From Paludibacteraceae bacterium (GTDB lineage: Bacteria > Bacteroidota > Bacteroidia > Bacteroidales > Paludibacteraceae), in contig JAKSKX010000005.1 in the NCBI GenBank assembly GCA_024401535.1, forward strand, positions 85,558-149,557: a stretch of 64,000 nucleotides of DNA, read 5' to 3'. Shown here piece by piece: positions 44,782-53,294 of this stretch. Each line of letters opens with the position of its first letter. Positions within the stretch are counted from its first letter, which is position 1. Under the pieces are notes generated by a model. The model ran no database searches, was not told the origin of the DNA, and saw nothing but the letters and a program-made list of their open reading frames with translations. The position numbers and the translations under genes are program-made.

Positions 44782-46938
44782 TTAGTTAGCATAGCTGTGC
44801 ATTCCTCCGAATACATAATTTACTCCGAAATATGTGATCAGTAGTGAGAAGAAGCAAAGCATGGTGTAGCACTGAAAGAATAATGGAGAGTCCATCTTCT
44901 TCAACGACCTGTTGTGCAGAGCCAGACTGTAAAGCAACATTGTGATTAGAGCCCAAGTTTCCTTCGGGTCCCAGTTCCAATAAGTTCCCCATGACGAGTT
45001 CGCCCAAACTGCACCGGTGAATATTCCTCCGCAGATGAATGTTACGGCAGGGTAGAGCATGATTTTGTTCAGCAGAGTGTACCTCATTAGCTCCTCCTCG
45101 TTATGGTTAATCAGCCATAGAGTGATTGACGTGCAGCTGCAGATGAACATGAGTCCGAACAGAGTGTAGGCAATCATCATCAGCATAACGTGGACACTGA
45201 GCCACTTGGATGCAAGTACAGGCACAATGTGTGTGATTTCCGGGTTCATTAGTCCCATCGAGCTTATGAGCAGTGCAAATCCTGTAATCAGGAATGTTGC
45301 AATGTATGTCGCATAAACCCTCTTTGCCAATACTGTCGCAAGTCCGGAAGCGAAACAGGCTATGCAAAGCATGGTCTCGAATCCGTTAGAGAACTGCAGG
45401 TGTCCTGAAATGAATGTGCGCAGCAGCTGGATTGAAAGGACTGAGAAGAAAATTATGTAGTTGCCTATGGACAGACACTTCTTAGATTTCTCTTTCCATT
45501 CAATTCTGCCAGGCATGAACACGACGAATGCGAACGCCACGATTCCCAGTGTCAGCGAAATCATTGCCAGCAGCTTTATGTTGCAGTATTTGTTATAGAA
45601 GTGTTCCATGTAGTCGAAAGACTCGTTATGGCCCTCTCCCAATACTGTGTGCTGCAGGTATCTGAACTTGTTTATCCATATTTCGCCGTTGTTGGTCTCC
45701 TCATCTATTTCCCTGTACAGAAGCGACAGTACGCCCTTGACCTTGTTCTGTGTGTCCTCATCAATTCTCGGGTCCTTGCCTCTTGGCGTCAGCCACACTA
45801 CATTAGCCTCTGCGCTGTTTTGGATTCTAAAAGGGAATATGGTAAGTTCGTCGCCACGTTTCAGTGATTCTATCAGTCCGATTTTGTCGTTCAGCTCCTC
45901 CTTCAGTTTCGGTGCGCAGTGCCTTGACTCCAAAGTTTCCAATGCGTCGTCCAAAGAGAAGTACCCGTCTCTTTTGGTCTTGATGATTTTCTCTCGCCTC
46001 CAGTACTTTTCGTTGAACAGCCATCCTGCAAGCACCTGGTTTGCAGTATATCCTTCGTAGCTGTCCTTGCCGTATATCTTCTTTGTGAAGTCTATCGCAT
46101 AGGTTTCTATTAGGGACACCCTTCCCTGATAGAGCATGTGTATTTGTCCGAACGATTCCGACGTGTTTTTGTCGAAAGTCTTGTATGCGGCCTTGCTTGT
46201 CGAAGGCATCAGAATAAGCAGAAGGACCGTCAGTCCCCTAAGCAGAGGGTTCTTGAATAATGCGAGCCACCTTGTCTTGTCAAATCCGTAGGCGATGAGT
46301 GACACAAGCAGAATCAGGTAGCCTATGTAAGTCACTATCACTCCCCATTTGTCGTATGTCGTTGTCAGCTGAATGCCCTGTCTGTCGTCGTCGTAGCTTG
46401 TCAGATAGAGTCTGTAGCCGTCGATTACGAAAATGTTGTTCATGCTTATTTCCGGATAGTTCTCTTCTCCGTTTTGCTTGATTGTTATATAGGCTTTGTA
46501 GTCCTGCGGAGTGTCTGTGCCATTGTAGTACTTGATGTCAAAGCTTCTGAGCTTTATTTTGAATGGCAGTTGCTTTACATCCCCGTTGTTTTTTATCAGC
46601 GCCTGCGTATATTTGTTTGTGTAGGTGAATATGGTGCCCTTTTCAGAAAAAAGGTAGGATATGCAGGCCCCAAGAAGAATGAATATGAACGCCAAGTGGA
46701 TTCCGAGCCTCCATGTGAAGCCTATGTTTTTGTTTGTGAAGCTCATAACCAGACCGAAAAAGGCAAGCAGAGCCCAAATTGACCAGAAATGGACTGTTGT
46801 GAACAGACTTCCCATTTCTATGTCGTTCGAGAATCTCTCCATGAATGTGTAAGCCGCCATCTGTACTATTTGGATGCCCAAAAGTATGAAGCTTATGTTC
46901 CTTGACCAAACGGCAATCTTGTCTCTGTTGATGTTCAT
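44782..46938 (-). CDS. ccsA: Cytochrome c biogenesis protein, ResB(CcsB)-CcsA fusion (System II)
   Basis: 718 aa polytopic protein. C-terminal Trp-rich heme-handling motif WANSSWGTYWNWDPKETWAL, with a ResB-like N-terminal half. Confidence 0.8.
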   Translation of the reverse strand: MNINRDKIAVWSRNISFILLGIQIVQMAAYTFMERFSNDIEMGSLFTTVHFWSIWALLAFFGLVMSFTNKNIGFTWRLGIHLAFIFILLGACISYLFSEKGTIFTYTNKYTQALIKNNGDVKQLPFKIKLRSFDIKYYNGTDTPQDYKAYITIKQNGEENYPEISMNNIFVIDGYRLYLTSYDDDRQGIQLTTTYDKWGVIVTYIGYLILLVSLIAYGFDKTRWLALFKNPLLRGLTVLLLILMPSTSKAAYKTFDKNTSESFGQIHMLYQGRVSLIETYAIDFTKKIYGKDSYEGYTANQVLAGWLFNEKYWRREKIIKTKRDGYFSLDDALETLESRHCAPKLKEELNDKIGLIESLKRGDELTIFPFRIQNSAEANVVWLTPRGKDPRIDEDTQNKVKGVLSLLYREIDEETNNGEIWINKFRYLQHTVLGEGHNESFDYMEHFYNKYCNIKLLAMISLTLGIVAFAFVVFMPGRIEWKEKSKKCLSIGNYIIFFSVLSIQLLRTFISGHLQFSNGFETMLCIACFASGLATVLAKRVYATYIATFLITGFALLISSMGLMNPEITHIVPVLASKWLSVHVMLMMIAYTLFGLMFICSCTSITLWLINHNEEELMRYTLLNKIMLYPAVTFICGGIFTGAVWANSSWGTYWNWDPKETWALITMLLYSLALHNRSLKKMDSPLFFQCYTMLCFFSLLITYFGVNYVFGGMHSYAN

Positions 46939-46995
46939 AGTTCTGTCTATAATTTAGAACTGTTAGATTTTGTTAATGGTTAGTATTAAGTGAAT

Positions 46996-48126
46996 TTATA
47001 GCTTTTTTATAGCTACAGCCTCCATTTCAACAAGCCAAGTAGGTCGGCATACCGGAGCAAGCACCACTACTATCTGCGAAACTTTCTCCTGTATGGTCTT
47101 TTCTACGCGCTTTGCGTCAGCATAGTCTCTGACATAAACTGTCGCCTGAGCCACATCGTCCCAGTTCATCTCCGCCTCGACCAGCAGAGCCTCGATGTTC
47201 TCTAGCATTCTGTTGACCTGTTTGTCTATGTCGCCAATGTGAAGCACATTGCCCTTGTTGTCTATGCTTGCAGTGCCGCTAATGAACACTTGTCTTACTC
47301 CCTCGGCTCTGTCAACGGCTACACCTCGCTCGAATGTTACTCCATATTCTATGGTCTTGTTCATCTTGTCGCTTGCATAGAGGATTCGGATTTTGTCCTG
47401 CGGGATGTCCTTTATAGCGAAGGCGTCAAAGATTGAAGTCACGTCTGTGTCCGCATCGTTTCCCTGAATGCCGGTGCTTGCTATGTAGTGCGTTTCTGGA
47501 GTCAGATTGTTGGCGTGGAAGTTCTCTCGCCTTGCATCCACCACTCCAGAGTAGTTTCTGTCTATGTCCCTTACGAAGAACCATGTGCGAATACAGTTTT
47601 CCGATATCTGCATTCCGTCTTTCGTCAGCATTTCCTCGTACTTTTCAAGTTGGGCCTTGGTTTCGGCAAAACTGTCTCTCAGAGGTGTTGTGACCTGCGT
47701 TGTAATGTACTCCTGCTCCGAATTTGACGTGTTTCCGCTTACGCAGATTGTGTTTTCGTCAATTCTTTTTACGCTTGTTCCGATTTCGCTCCACGCAATA
47801 GCCACGACCTTTTCGTCGCATAGCGGCGGCTGTCCTACGATGGAAATCGCAGTGTCGGTTTCGTCTGCAAAAGTCTCTTTGATTATGTGTGCCTGCGAGG
47901 AAACGTCGCTCAACAGGAATCTGAGCATGACAACATTCTGCGGCTCTTTCTTTCGTGTCTCGTCAAGTGCGAACTTTAGTGCCTGAATGCAGGTTTGGGC
48001 ATTGCCTCCCTCACTGTACGGCTTGATTGTGGAATAGATGAATGTTCGTCCGTTCGACTCCACTCGGGCCGAAGAGACCAATACAATTACTCCGTCTTTG
48101 TTGTATATTTCGACATTACTCCTCAT
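46996..48126 (-). CDS. RidA/YjgF-fold two-domain protein, probable FkbO/Hyg5/XanB2-type chorismatase-like enzyme
   Basis: 376 aa. The C-terminal block FISGTASIDNKGNVLHIGDIDKQVNRMLENIEALL...ATVYVRD...LVEMEAVA is RidA-like. Size and double-domain layout fit the chorismatase family. Assigned from memory of motifs only. Confidence 0.5.
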   Translation of the reverse strand: MRSNVEIYNKDGVIVLVSSARVESNGRTFIYSTIKPYSEGGNAQTCIQALKFALDETRKKEPQNVVMLRFLLSDVSSQAHIIKETFADETDTAISIVGQPPLCDEKVVAIAWSEIGTSVKRIDENTICVSGNTSNSEQEYITTQVTTPLRDSFAETKAQLEKYEEMLTKDGMQISENCIRTWFFVRDIDRNYSGVVDARRENFHANNLTPETHYIASTGIQGNDADTDVTSIFDAFAIKDIPQDKIRILYASDKMNKTIEYGVTFERGVAVDRAEGVRQVFISGTASIDNKGNVLHIGDIDKQVNRMLENIEALLVEAEMNWDDVAQATVYVRDYADAKRVEKTIQEKVSQIVVVLAPVCRPTWLVEMEAVAIKKL

Positions 48127-48134
48127 AGCGGGTG

Positions 48135-48142
48135 CAAAATTA
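48135..48142 (-). promoter_or_regulatory. -7 promoter box (minus strand TAATTTTG) abutting the chorismatase-like gene start
   Basis: Plus strand reads CAAAATTA. The G of the box is only 8 nt from the ATG (48126), so a near-leaderless transcript is implied. Confidence 0.4.
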
Positions 48143-48261
48143 GTGCTTTATGGGGTGTTATGCAATACTTACTTTTAGGTATTTTGTGTTGTGCTGTTAC
48201 TTTTTTTGATGAAAATATCCGAATGCGAAAGATCTGGATTTCCTTTTGCCGCGAATAATCT

Positions 48262-49173
48262 TCAAATAAGGTGCCTTGCCTTTTTCTCCTCGTAAATGTC
48301 GTTTATGTCTATCATCAGACCTGTTTCATAGACATCGCCGAACTCGTCGTTGATTGCGACGCCAAAAACCTTCATCGAAGGGGACAGCGTCATATATGCG
48401 TTGACAAGCGGAGGAATGTTTTTGCCCTTGTTTTTCAGCTCCCTCTTTAGTATTATGTAGTCTTCCTTGAAATTTGTTCCAGTAAAGATTTTGCTGATTT
48501 TCTCTGCGTCTGGCAAATCCATAGGTTTCTTGGGATAGATAAGGTTGTTCGTGTCCTTGAAATATTTGTTCATAAAGCATTGAATCATAGAGAATCCAGC
48601 TATACCGAAGGAAGGGTATATGGTTGCTTTGCCAAAGAAATACCTGACTTTGGGGTTGCATAGAATAATGCCACCAAGTCCGTCCCACAGGTTGTCGAGC
48701 GCATAGAGGCTCTTGTGTCCCCTCAGTGCGCTTTGGTATTCGGGCCTGACAAAGCTTCTGCCCAGTTCTATTGTCTTGTCCAGGTACTCTCTGCGGAATG
48801 TGTCGCTGTAGCTGAACAGGTGCGAGGATGTGAGCAGCAGTTCTTCGCTTCCATCCTGAATTGACTCTGCGCCCTTGATGAACCTGTATCCGCCGATGAT
48901 TTCCTTTTCCTCTGGGTTCCAGACAATCAGCTGTTTGCAGATGTTGTCCATATAGTCGTACTTGTCAAGGTCGCATTCCTTGCCACTGCCTCCGCCTGCT
49001 TCCCTGAACGCAATCTCCCTTAGCCTTCCAATTTCCCTCAAGGTGTTCGGAGCCTGTGCGGAAGTGAAGATGTAGATTTGGTTGTCTGCCTTGTTAGTCG
49101 GCTTGAACATGCCGATTCTGTACAGTTCCGCCTCTATCAGTTTTGAGTCTATGGCTTCTGATATTGCTTTCAT
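48262..49173 (-). CDS. glsB: N-acyl amino acid synthase (GNAT/hemolysin-like, OlsB/GlsB family; glycine-lipid N-acyltransferase)
   Basis: The blocks IGRLREIAFREAGGGSGKECDLDKYD, QLIVWNPEEKEIIGGYRF, ELGRSFVRPEYQS and ALDNLWDGLG match the Bacteroidales commendamide/glycine-lipid synthase family. Paired with an acyltransferase 3 nt upstream. Confidence 0.7.
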   Translation of the reverse strand: MKAISEAIDSKLIEAELYRIGMFKPTNKADNQIYIFTSAQAPNTLREIGRLREIAFREAGGGSGKECDLDKYDYMDNICKQLIVWNPEEKEIIGGYRFIKGAESIQDGSEELLLTSSHLFSYSDTFRREYLDKTIELGRSFVRPEYQSALRGHKSLYALDNLWDGLGGIILCNPKVRYFFGKATIYPSFGIAGFSMIQCFMNKYFKDTNNLIYPKKPMDLPDAEKISKIFTGTNFKEDYIILKRELKNKGKNIPPLVNAYMTLSPSMKVFGVAINDEFGDVYETGLMIDINDIYEEKKARHLI

Positions 49174-49176
49174 TGG

Positions 49177-49992
49177 CTATTGCTTTGCTTTGAGGTTGTA
49201 AATTTGGTTGTATGCGAACTCTGTCCACTCCTTGTCGGATTTTTCTGGGAGTTCCTCGTGCGTTATTCTCTCCCCGATATAGATGTTGAAGTGCTTGCCT
49301 CTGTGTTTGAACATTTCGTCTGCCAGATAGAGCATTTCTATGTTCGGCAGTCCGATTTTTGTCCTGTAGTATGCGAGGTTGTAGAAGAATTTCGAGCATT
49401 CCCCGTCAAAGTATATTGGAACTATGTCCCTTTGATATTCGCGGCTTTTGCTCACGAACGTCTTGTGCCATTTCTCGTCCCTTATGTCCCCGTTTGCCTG
49501 TTTCCTTGACACTTTTCCGGCGGGAAAGAACAGCACGTTTGTGTCGCTCTGCATGAAGCGGTCGAGCGTCATTGCGTTCTCTCGGCTTTGAGAACCGAAC
49601 TTGTTTACGGGGATGAAAAGGCTTCTCATCTTGTCAATATACATGAGCAGGTCGTTCACCGGAGCTATTGTCTCGCCGCACTTGTGGCTGAGTAGGTCGA
49701 GCAGTATTATGCCGTCCATACCTCCGAGCGGATGGTTGCTGATGTATGTCGTGTGCTTTGATTCCGTCAGCTTGTCTTCTCCCAAAACAGAGAAAGTGAT
49801 GCCGAGTTCCTTGATGATAAATGATGTGAAGTCCTTGCCTTCCAGTTCTTGGGCCCTGCAGAATATGTCGTTCAACTCGTCCTGATGCACTATTTTCTTG
49901 AGGTAGTTGGCCGCAAAGCGTGGAAGCCACCTGTTCAGTTTTGGTGCTTTGCTTTCGAGGATTTTGTCTATGTCAATAGTCTTTTTCTGCAT
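49177..49992 (-). CDS. glsA: Lysophospholipid/lyso-lipoamino-acid O-acyltransferase (OlsA/GlsA-like)
   Basis: The SNHPLGGMDGI acyltransferase motif and FPAGKVSR block; 271 aa; immediately upstream of and co-oriented with glsB. Confidence 0.7.
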   Translation of the reverse strand: MQKKTIDIDKILESKAPKLNRWLPRFAANYLKKIVHQDELNDIFCRAQELEGKDFTSFIIKELGITFSVLGEDKLTESKHTTYISNHPLGGMDGIILLDLLSHKCGETIAPVNDLLMYIDKMRSLFIPVNKFGSQSRENAMTLDRFMQSDTNVLFFPAGKVSRKQANGDIRDEKWHKTFVSKSREYQRDIVPIYFDGECSKFFYNLAYYRTKIGLPNIEMLYLADEMFKHRGKHFNIYIGERITHEELPEKSDKEWTEFAYNQIYNLKAKQ

Positions 49993-50014
49993 AATGCTCC
50001 ATGGTTAGCGAAGA

Positions 50015-50022
50015 CAAAGATA
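50015..50022 (-). promoter_or_regulatory. -7 promoter box (minus strand TATCTTTG) upstream of glsA
   Basis: Plus strand reads CAAAGATA. 22 nt upstream of the glsA ATG at 49992. Confidence 0.45.
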
Positions 50023-50414
50023 GTCTTGTTTGGTTACAAATGCAACTTTTTTGTGGAAAATGAAGTCGTGTGCGAAAGCCGTAAAAACGTAGTGCGTCCA
50101 AAAAATAAAGAAAAATTTTGCTCCCCGAACTTCTGACTTTAAATATAAATGGTTGATTTCAATGGGGATTGTATTGGTGAGTGGTATTTGCGGTATTTCT
50201 TTGCTTCAGGAGAGCAGAAATAAAAAATGAAGGTGAAATTTTGCTCGCAGAATTATAGCCATGAATTTTGACGGTAAAAATAGAAGCCTGCTCTTTCTTT
50301 GTCGAATCTACATTATTATTTTTGGGGTAGCATGAAGGGTGATACAAAAAAAGAAGGAAGCCTCTCGACTTCCAATCTTCCAACCTTAAATCTAATACCA
50401 TGAAAAACACGATG

Positions 50415-50422
50415 CAAAATTA
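50415..50422 (-). promoter_or_regulatory. Orphan -7 promoter-like box (minus strand TAATTTTG) in the long glsA/GH5 intergenic region
   Basis: The same 12-mer TGCAAAATTAGT occurs at 48134. No convincing gene lies downstream on the minus strand, only an implausible 83-aa ORF. Confidence 0.3.
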
Positions 50423-50785
50423 GTACTATTTTTATATTCTGCAACATATTTTGAAAGAAATTTTAATTAAAAACGCTCTTTTTTTAGAATTTTATGTTTT
50501 TTGTAACATATTTTTCGTGTTTTGGGGTGTAGTCTCTCTTTTATGTTGTAGAACATACGTAAGTGTTAAAAATACGGTGGCATAGTGATTTTTTGCCTAA
50601 AAAAGTTTTTTGTTTGAGAAAAAGCGTGCATATTTGCCGACGCTAAATGATGTAAATGGTCCCGCGGCCGAAATTGATTTATACTAAGACAATGAATTAT
50701 GTAAAAGTCAGTTTGTTTAGGAGCCGTCTCTTTTGGTCAGTTTTAAGTAAATAATTATCAAAAAAAATTTTCATAAACTAAAAAA

Positions 50786-53056
50786 ATGAAGAAATTTTTA
50801 ACTCTTGCTGCTGCAGCAGGTCTTGCAGTTTCTGCTAACGCAGAGCTTCAGACTCTTAAGCTTGTTGGAAAGCAGCTTTCTACAGCTGATGGTAAGGCTA
50901 TTCAGCTAAAAGGTTTCTCTACATTCTCTATTCACTTCAACGATGGTGTTGCATGTTTGAAGAACAGCCACTTCAAGGCTATGAAGGAGTTTGGTGCTAA
51001 CGTAGTTCGTTTCGCTGTTTATGTAGATGACCCTAACGATGGTGGTGCATACATCTCTAACCCAACAAAGTTCGATGAGGCTGTTAAGGGTTATGTTCAG
51101 CAGGCTATCGACAACGGTATGTACGCAGTTATCGACTGGCATATCTTGAAGACAGAGCAGAACGGTGGTAGCGCAGGTGACCCTAACACTTACTCAAGCC
51201 AGGCTCAGAGCTTCTTCACTACTATGTCTAAGTTCGTAGCTTCAAACCCTGCACTAAAGGGTCGTGTAATGTACGAGTTGTGTAACGAGCCTTCAATGGG
51301 TGTTAACTTCGACCAGATCAAGAAGTACGCACAGCCAGTAATGGACAAGATTCTTGCTAACGATGCTGACGCTCTTTGTATCATCGGTACTGAGGGATGG
51401 TGTCAGAAGATTCTTGAAGCTTCAAAGAATCCAGTTGACCAGAAGTACAGAGATCACGCTCTTTACTCATTCCACTACTACGCTTGTTCACACGAGTACC
51501 TAATCGGTGACTTCCAGCAGGCTACTTCAAACGTTCCTTGTATCGTTTCTGAGTGGTCAACTGTAAACTTTACTGGTGACGGTTCTCACTGTGGTTCTGC
51601 TTCAGACAAGTTGATGGCTGTTTGTGGTACATCAGACGAGAACGGTAGAGAGAAGGTAGCAGGTCAGAACAACGGTAAGCAGCTTATCAGCTGGTTCTTC
51701 TGGAACTGGGGTAAGAAGAACGAGGGTTCTACTGTATTCGCAGGTAGCTGTGATAATCCTGCAACTGCAACTAAGTCTGTTCCAGGTGAGTACATTTTGA
51801 AGGTTCTTGGTGGTGGTGAAATCAAGCCTATTCCAGAGGCAGAGGGTTATCCAGATCCAAACGTAATCCCTTCTACTGCTACAGGTTTCTTTGACTGGAT
51901 GGCATACGATTACGGTGGTGAGGGTATCGCTTACCACGATGGTAACGGTGCTGCTTACGACAAGAACACTAAAACTGGTTACTATGTAGCTTATACTTCA
52001 GGTAATGACGAGGCTGATGCTCTTTCTGAGGGTCGTAACTTCGAGACAGGTAAGAATACTAAGTTGGGTATGAACAAGAACTTTACTTACGGTAATGGTA
52101 TTCTTCCAACAGCAGCTGCTGCAGCTGACCAGGTTTGTATCGGTGACATGAACTGGAGTACAGGTGTTTGTGGTACAATGGGTTACAAGTCATTGAACGC
52201 AGGTCTTGGTTACTCTAAGGACCTTAACTTCTTCCCTAACGACAAGTTGTCTGTTGCTGGTGCTGACCCTGTAAATGTTGACAACGGTCGTGCATACAGC
52301 GGTGTCGATGTTTCTAAGTGTTCTGGTAAGCTTGCTGCTGGTGATCAATCTATCGACGCTGAGCCAGCTACTTACCAGTATGGTAACATTTGTTCAGTTG
52401 AGCCAGGTGAGTGGATTCGCTTTACAGTTGATGTAAAGAAGGCTGGTTACTACAAGGTTCACTACCTAGCTTCTGGTCAGAACGCTATGGCTTCTCTAGG
52501 TTTCTCTTTGAATGACAAGGATTTCGGTGGTAACATCGTTCGTGACTTGGATGACAAGGAGAACATCGACGCTATTTCAGCTCTTTGGACTGAGAAGGGT
52601 GCTGGTCTTGCATCTGATGACTACGAGAACTGGAGACTCCAGCAGCTTAACGATGCTGAGAACATGAACGACGAGGTTGGTGTCGTATTCCGTAAGGCAG
52701 GTGAGCAGTCAATCACTATCACATTCAACGAGGAGAACGGTAACACAGGTCCTCTTTACTTCGAGCTTGTTTCTGAGGATGTAACTCCAGAGATCAAGGC
52801 TCAGGAGGCTAGAGTTTACGCTGAGGATGTTATCGCAGTTTACCCTAACCCAACTTCAGGTGAGTTTACTGTAGCTCTTGGTACAACTGAGGCTGCTCAG
52901 GTAAGCGTAGTTAACATGGCTGGTCAGGTTGTATTCTCTACTTCTGTTGAGGGTGTTGAGAACGTAACAATCTCTGAGAAGCTTGCTGCAGGTGTTTACA
53001 ATGTAGTAGTTGCTTCTGAGTTCGGTGTTAAGTCAACTAAGCTTCAGGTTAAGTAA
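50786..53056 (+). CDS. Secreted glycoside hydrolase family 5 (cellulase/mannanase-type) with CBM6-like beta-sandwich and T9SS type A CTD
   Basis: Signal peptide MKKFLTLAAAAGLAVSANA. GH5 blocks: VVRFAVYV, acid/base YELCNEP, HYYA, nucleophile IVSEWS. CBM-like GEWIRFTVDVKKAGYYKV. CTD: VYPNPTSGEFTV...GVYNVVVASEFGVKSTKLQVK. Confidence 0.85.
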   Translation: MKKFLTLAAAAGLAVSANAELQTLKLVGKQLSTADGKAIQLKGFSTFSIHFNDGVACLKNSHFKAMKEFGANVVRFAVYVDDPNDGGAYISNPTKFDEAVKGYVQQAIDNGMYAVIDWHILKTEQNGGSAGDPNTYSSQAQSFFTTMSKFVASNPALKGRVMYELCNEPSMGVNFDQIKKYAQPVMDKILANDADALCIIGTEGWCQKILEASKNPVDQKYRDHALYSFHYYACSHEYLIGDFQQATSNVPCIVSEWSTVNFTGDGSHCGSASDKLMAVCGTSDENGREKVAGQNNGKQLISWFFWNWGKKNEGSTVFAGSCDNPATATKSVPGEYILKVLGGGEIKPIPEAEGYPDPNVIPSTATGFFDWMAYDYGGEGIAYHDGNGAAYDKNTKTGYYVAYTSGNDEADALSEGRNFETGKNTKLGMNKNFTYGNGILPTAAAAADQVCIGDMNWSTGVCGTMGYKSLNAGLGYSKDLNFFPNDKLSVAGADPVNVDNGRAYSGVDVSKCSGKLAAGDQSIDAEPATYQYGNICSVEPGEWIRFTVDVKKAGYYKVHYLASGQNAMASLGFSLNDKDFGGNIVRDLDDKENIDAISALWTEKGAGLASDDYENWRLQQLNDAENMNDEVGVVFRKAGEQSITITFNEENGNTGPLYFELVSEDVTPEIKAQEARVYAEDVIAVYPNPTSGEFTVALGTTEAAQVSVVNMAGQVVFSTSVEGVENVTISEKLAAGVYNVVVASEFGVKSTKLQVK

Positions 53057-53080
53057 TTAGTATTACGTAACTAAATAATT

Positions 53081-53120
53081 AAGAGTGGTGCTTTACAGCG
53101 CCACTCTTTTTTTGTTTTTG
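53081..53120 (+). terminator. Rho-independent terminator after the GH5 gene
   Basis: AAGAGTGGTGC tttaca GCGCCACTCTT followed by tttttgttttt. Confidence 0.8.
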
Positions 53121-53294
53121 TGTGAGCCAAAACGTATGATTTGCTATTTATTTGGGCTTTACGCACAAAAAATACTGATAAAATTTTTTTAGTATTAAAA
53201 AAAATCCCATCTTTGCACAGTCATTACATAGTCTGGTACGGCTTTCTTTTTTTAATGACATTCTGAGTTAGGGTCTTAAATTACACTTTATAGT

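Noticed and set aside
50159-50410. An 83-aa minus-strand ORF downstream of the orphan promoter-like box.
   Set aside because: The translation (MFFMVLDLRLEDWKSRGFLLFLYHPSCYPKNNNV...) has no membrane or globular pattern or motif. The region is kept only as a possible non-coding transcript.
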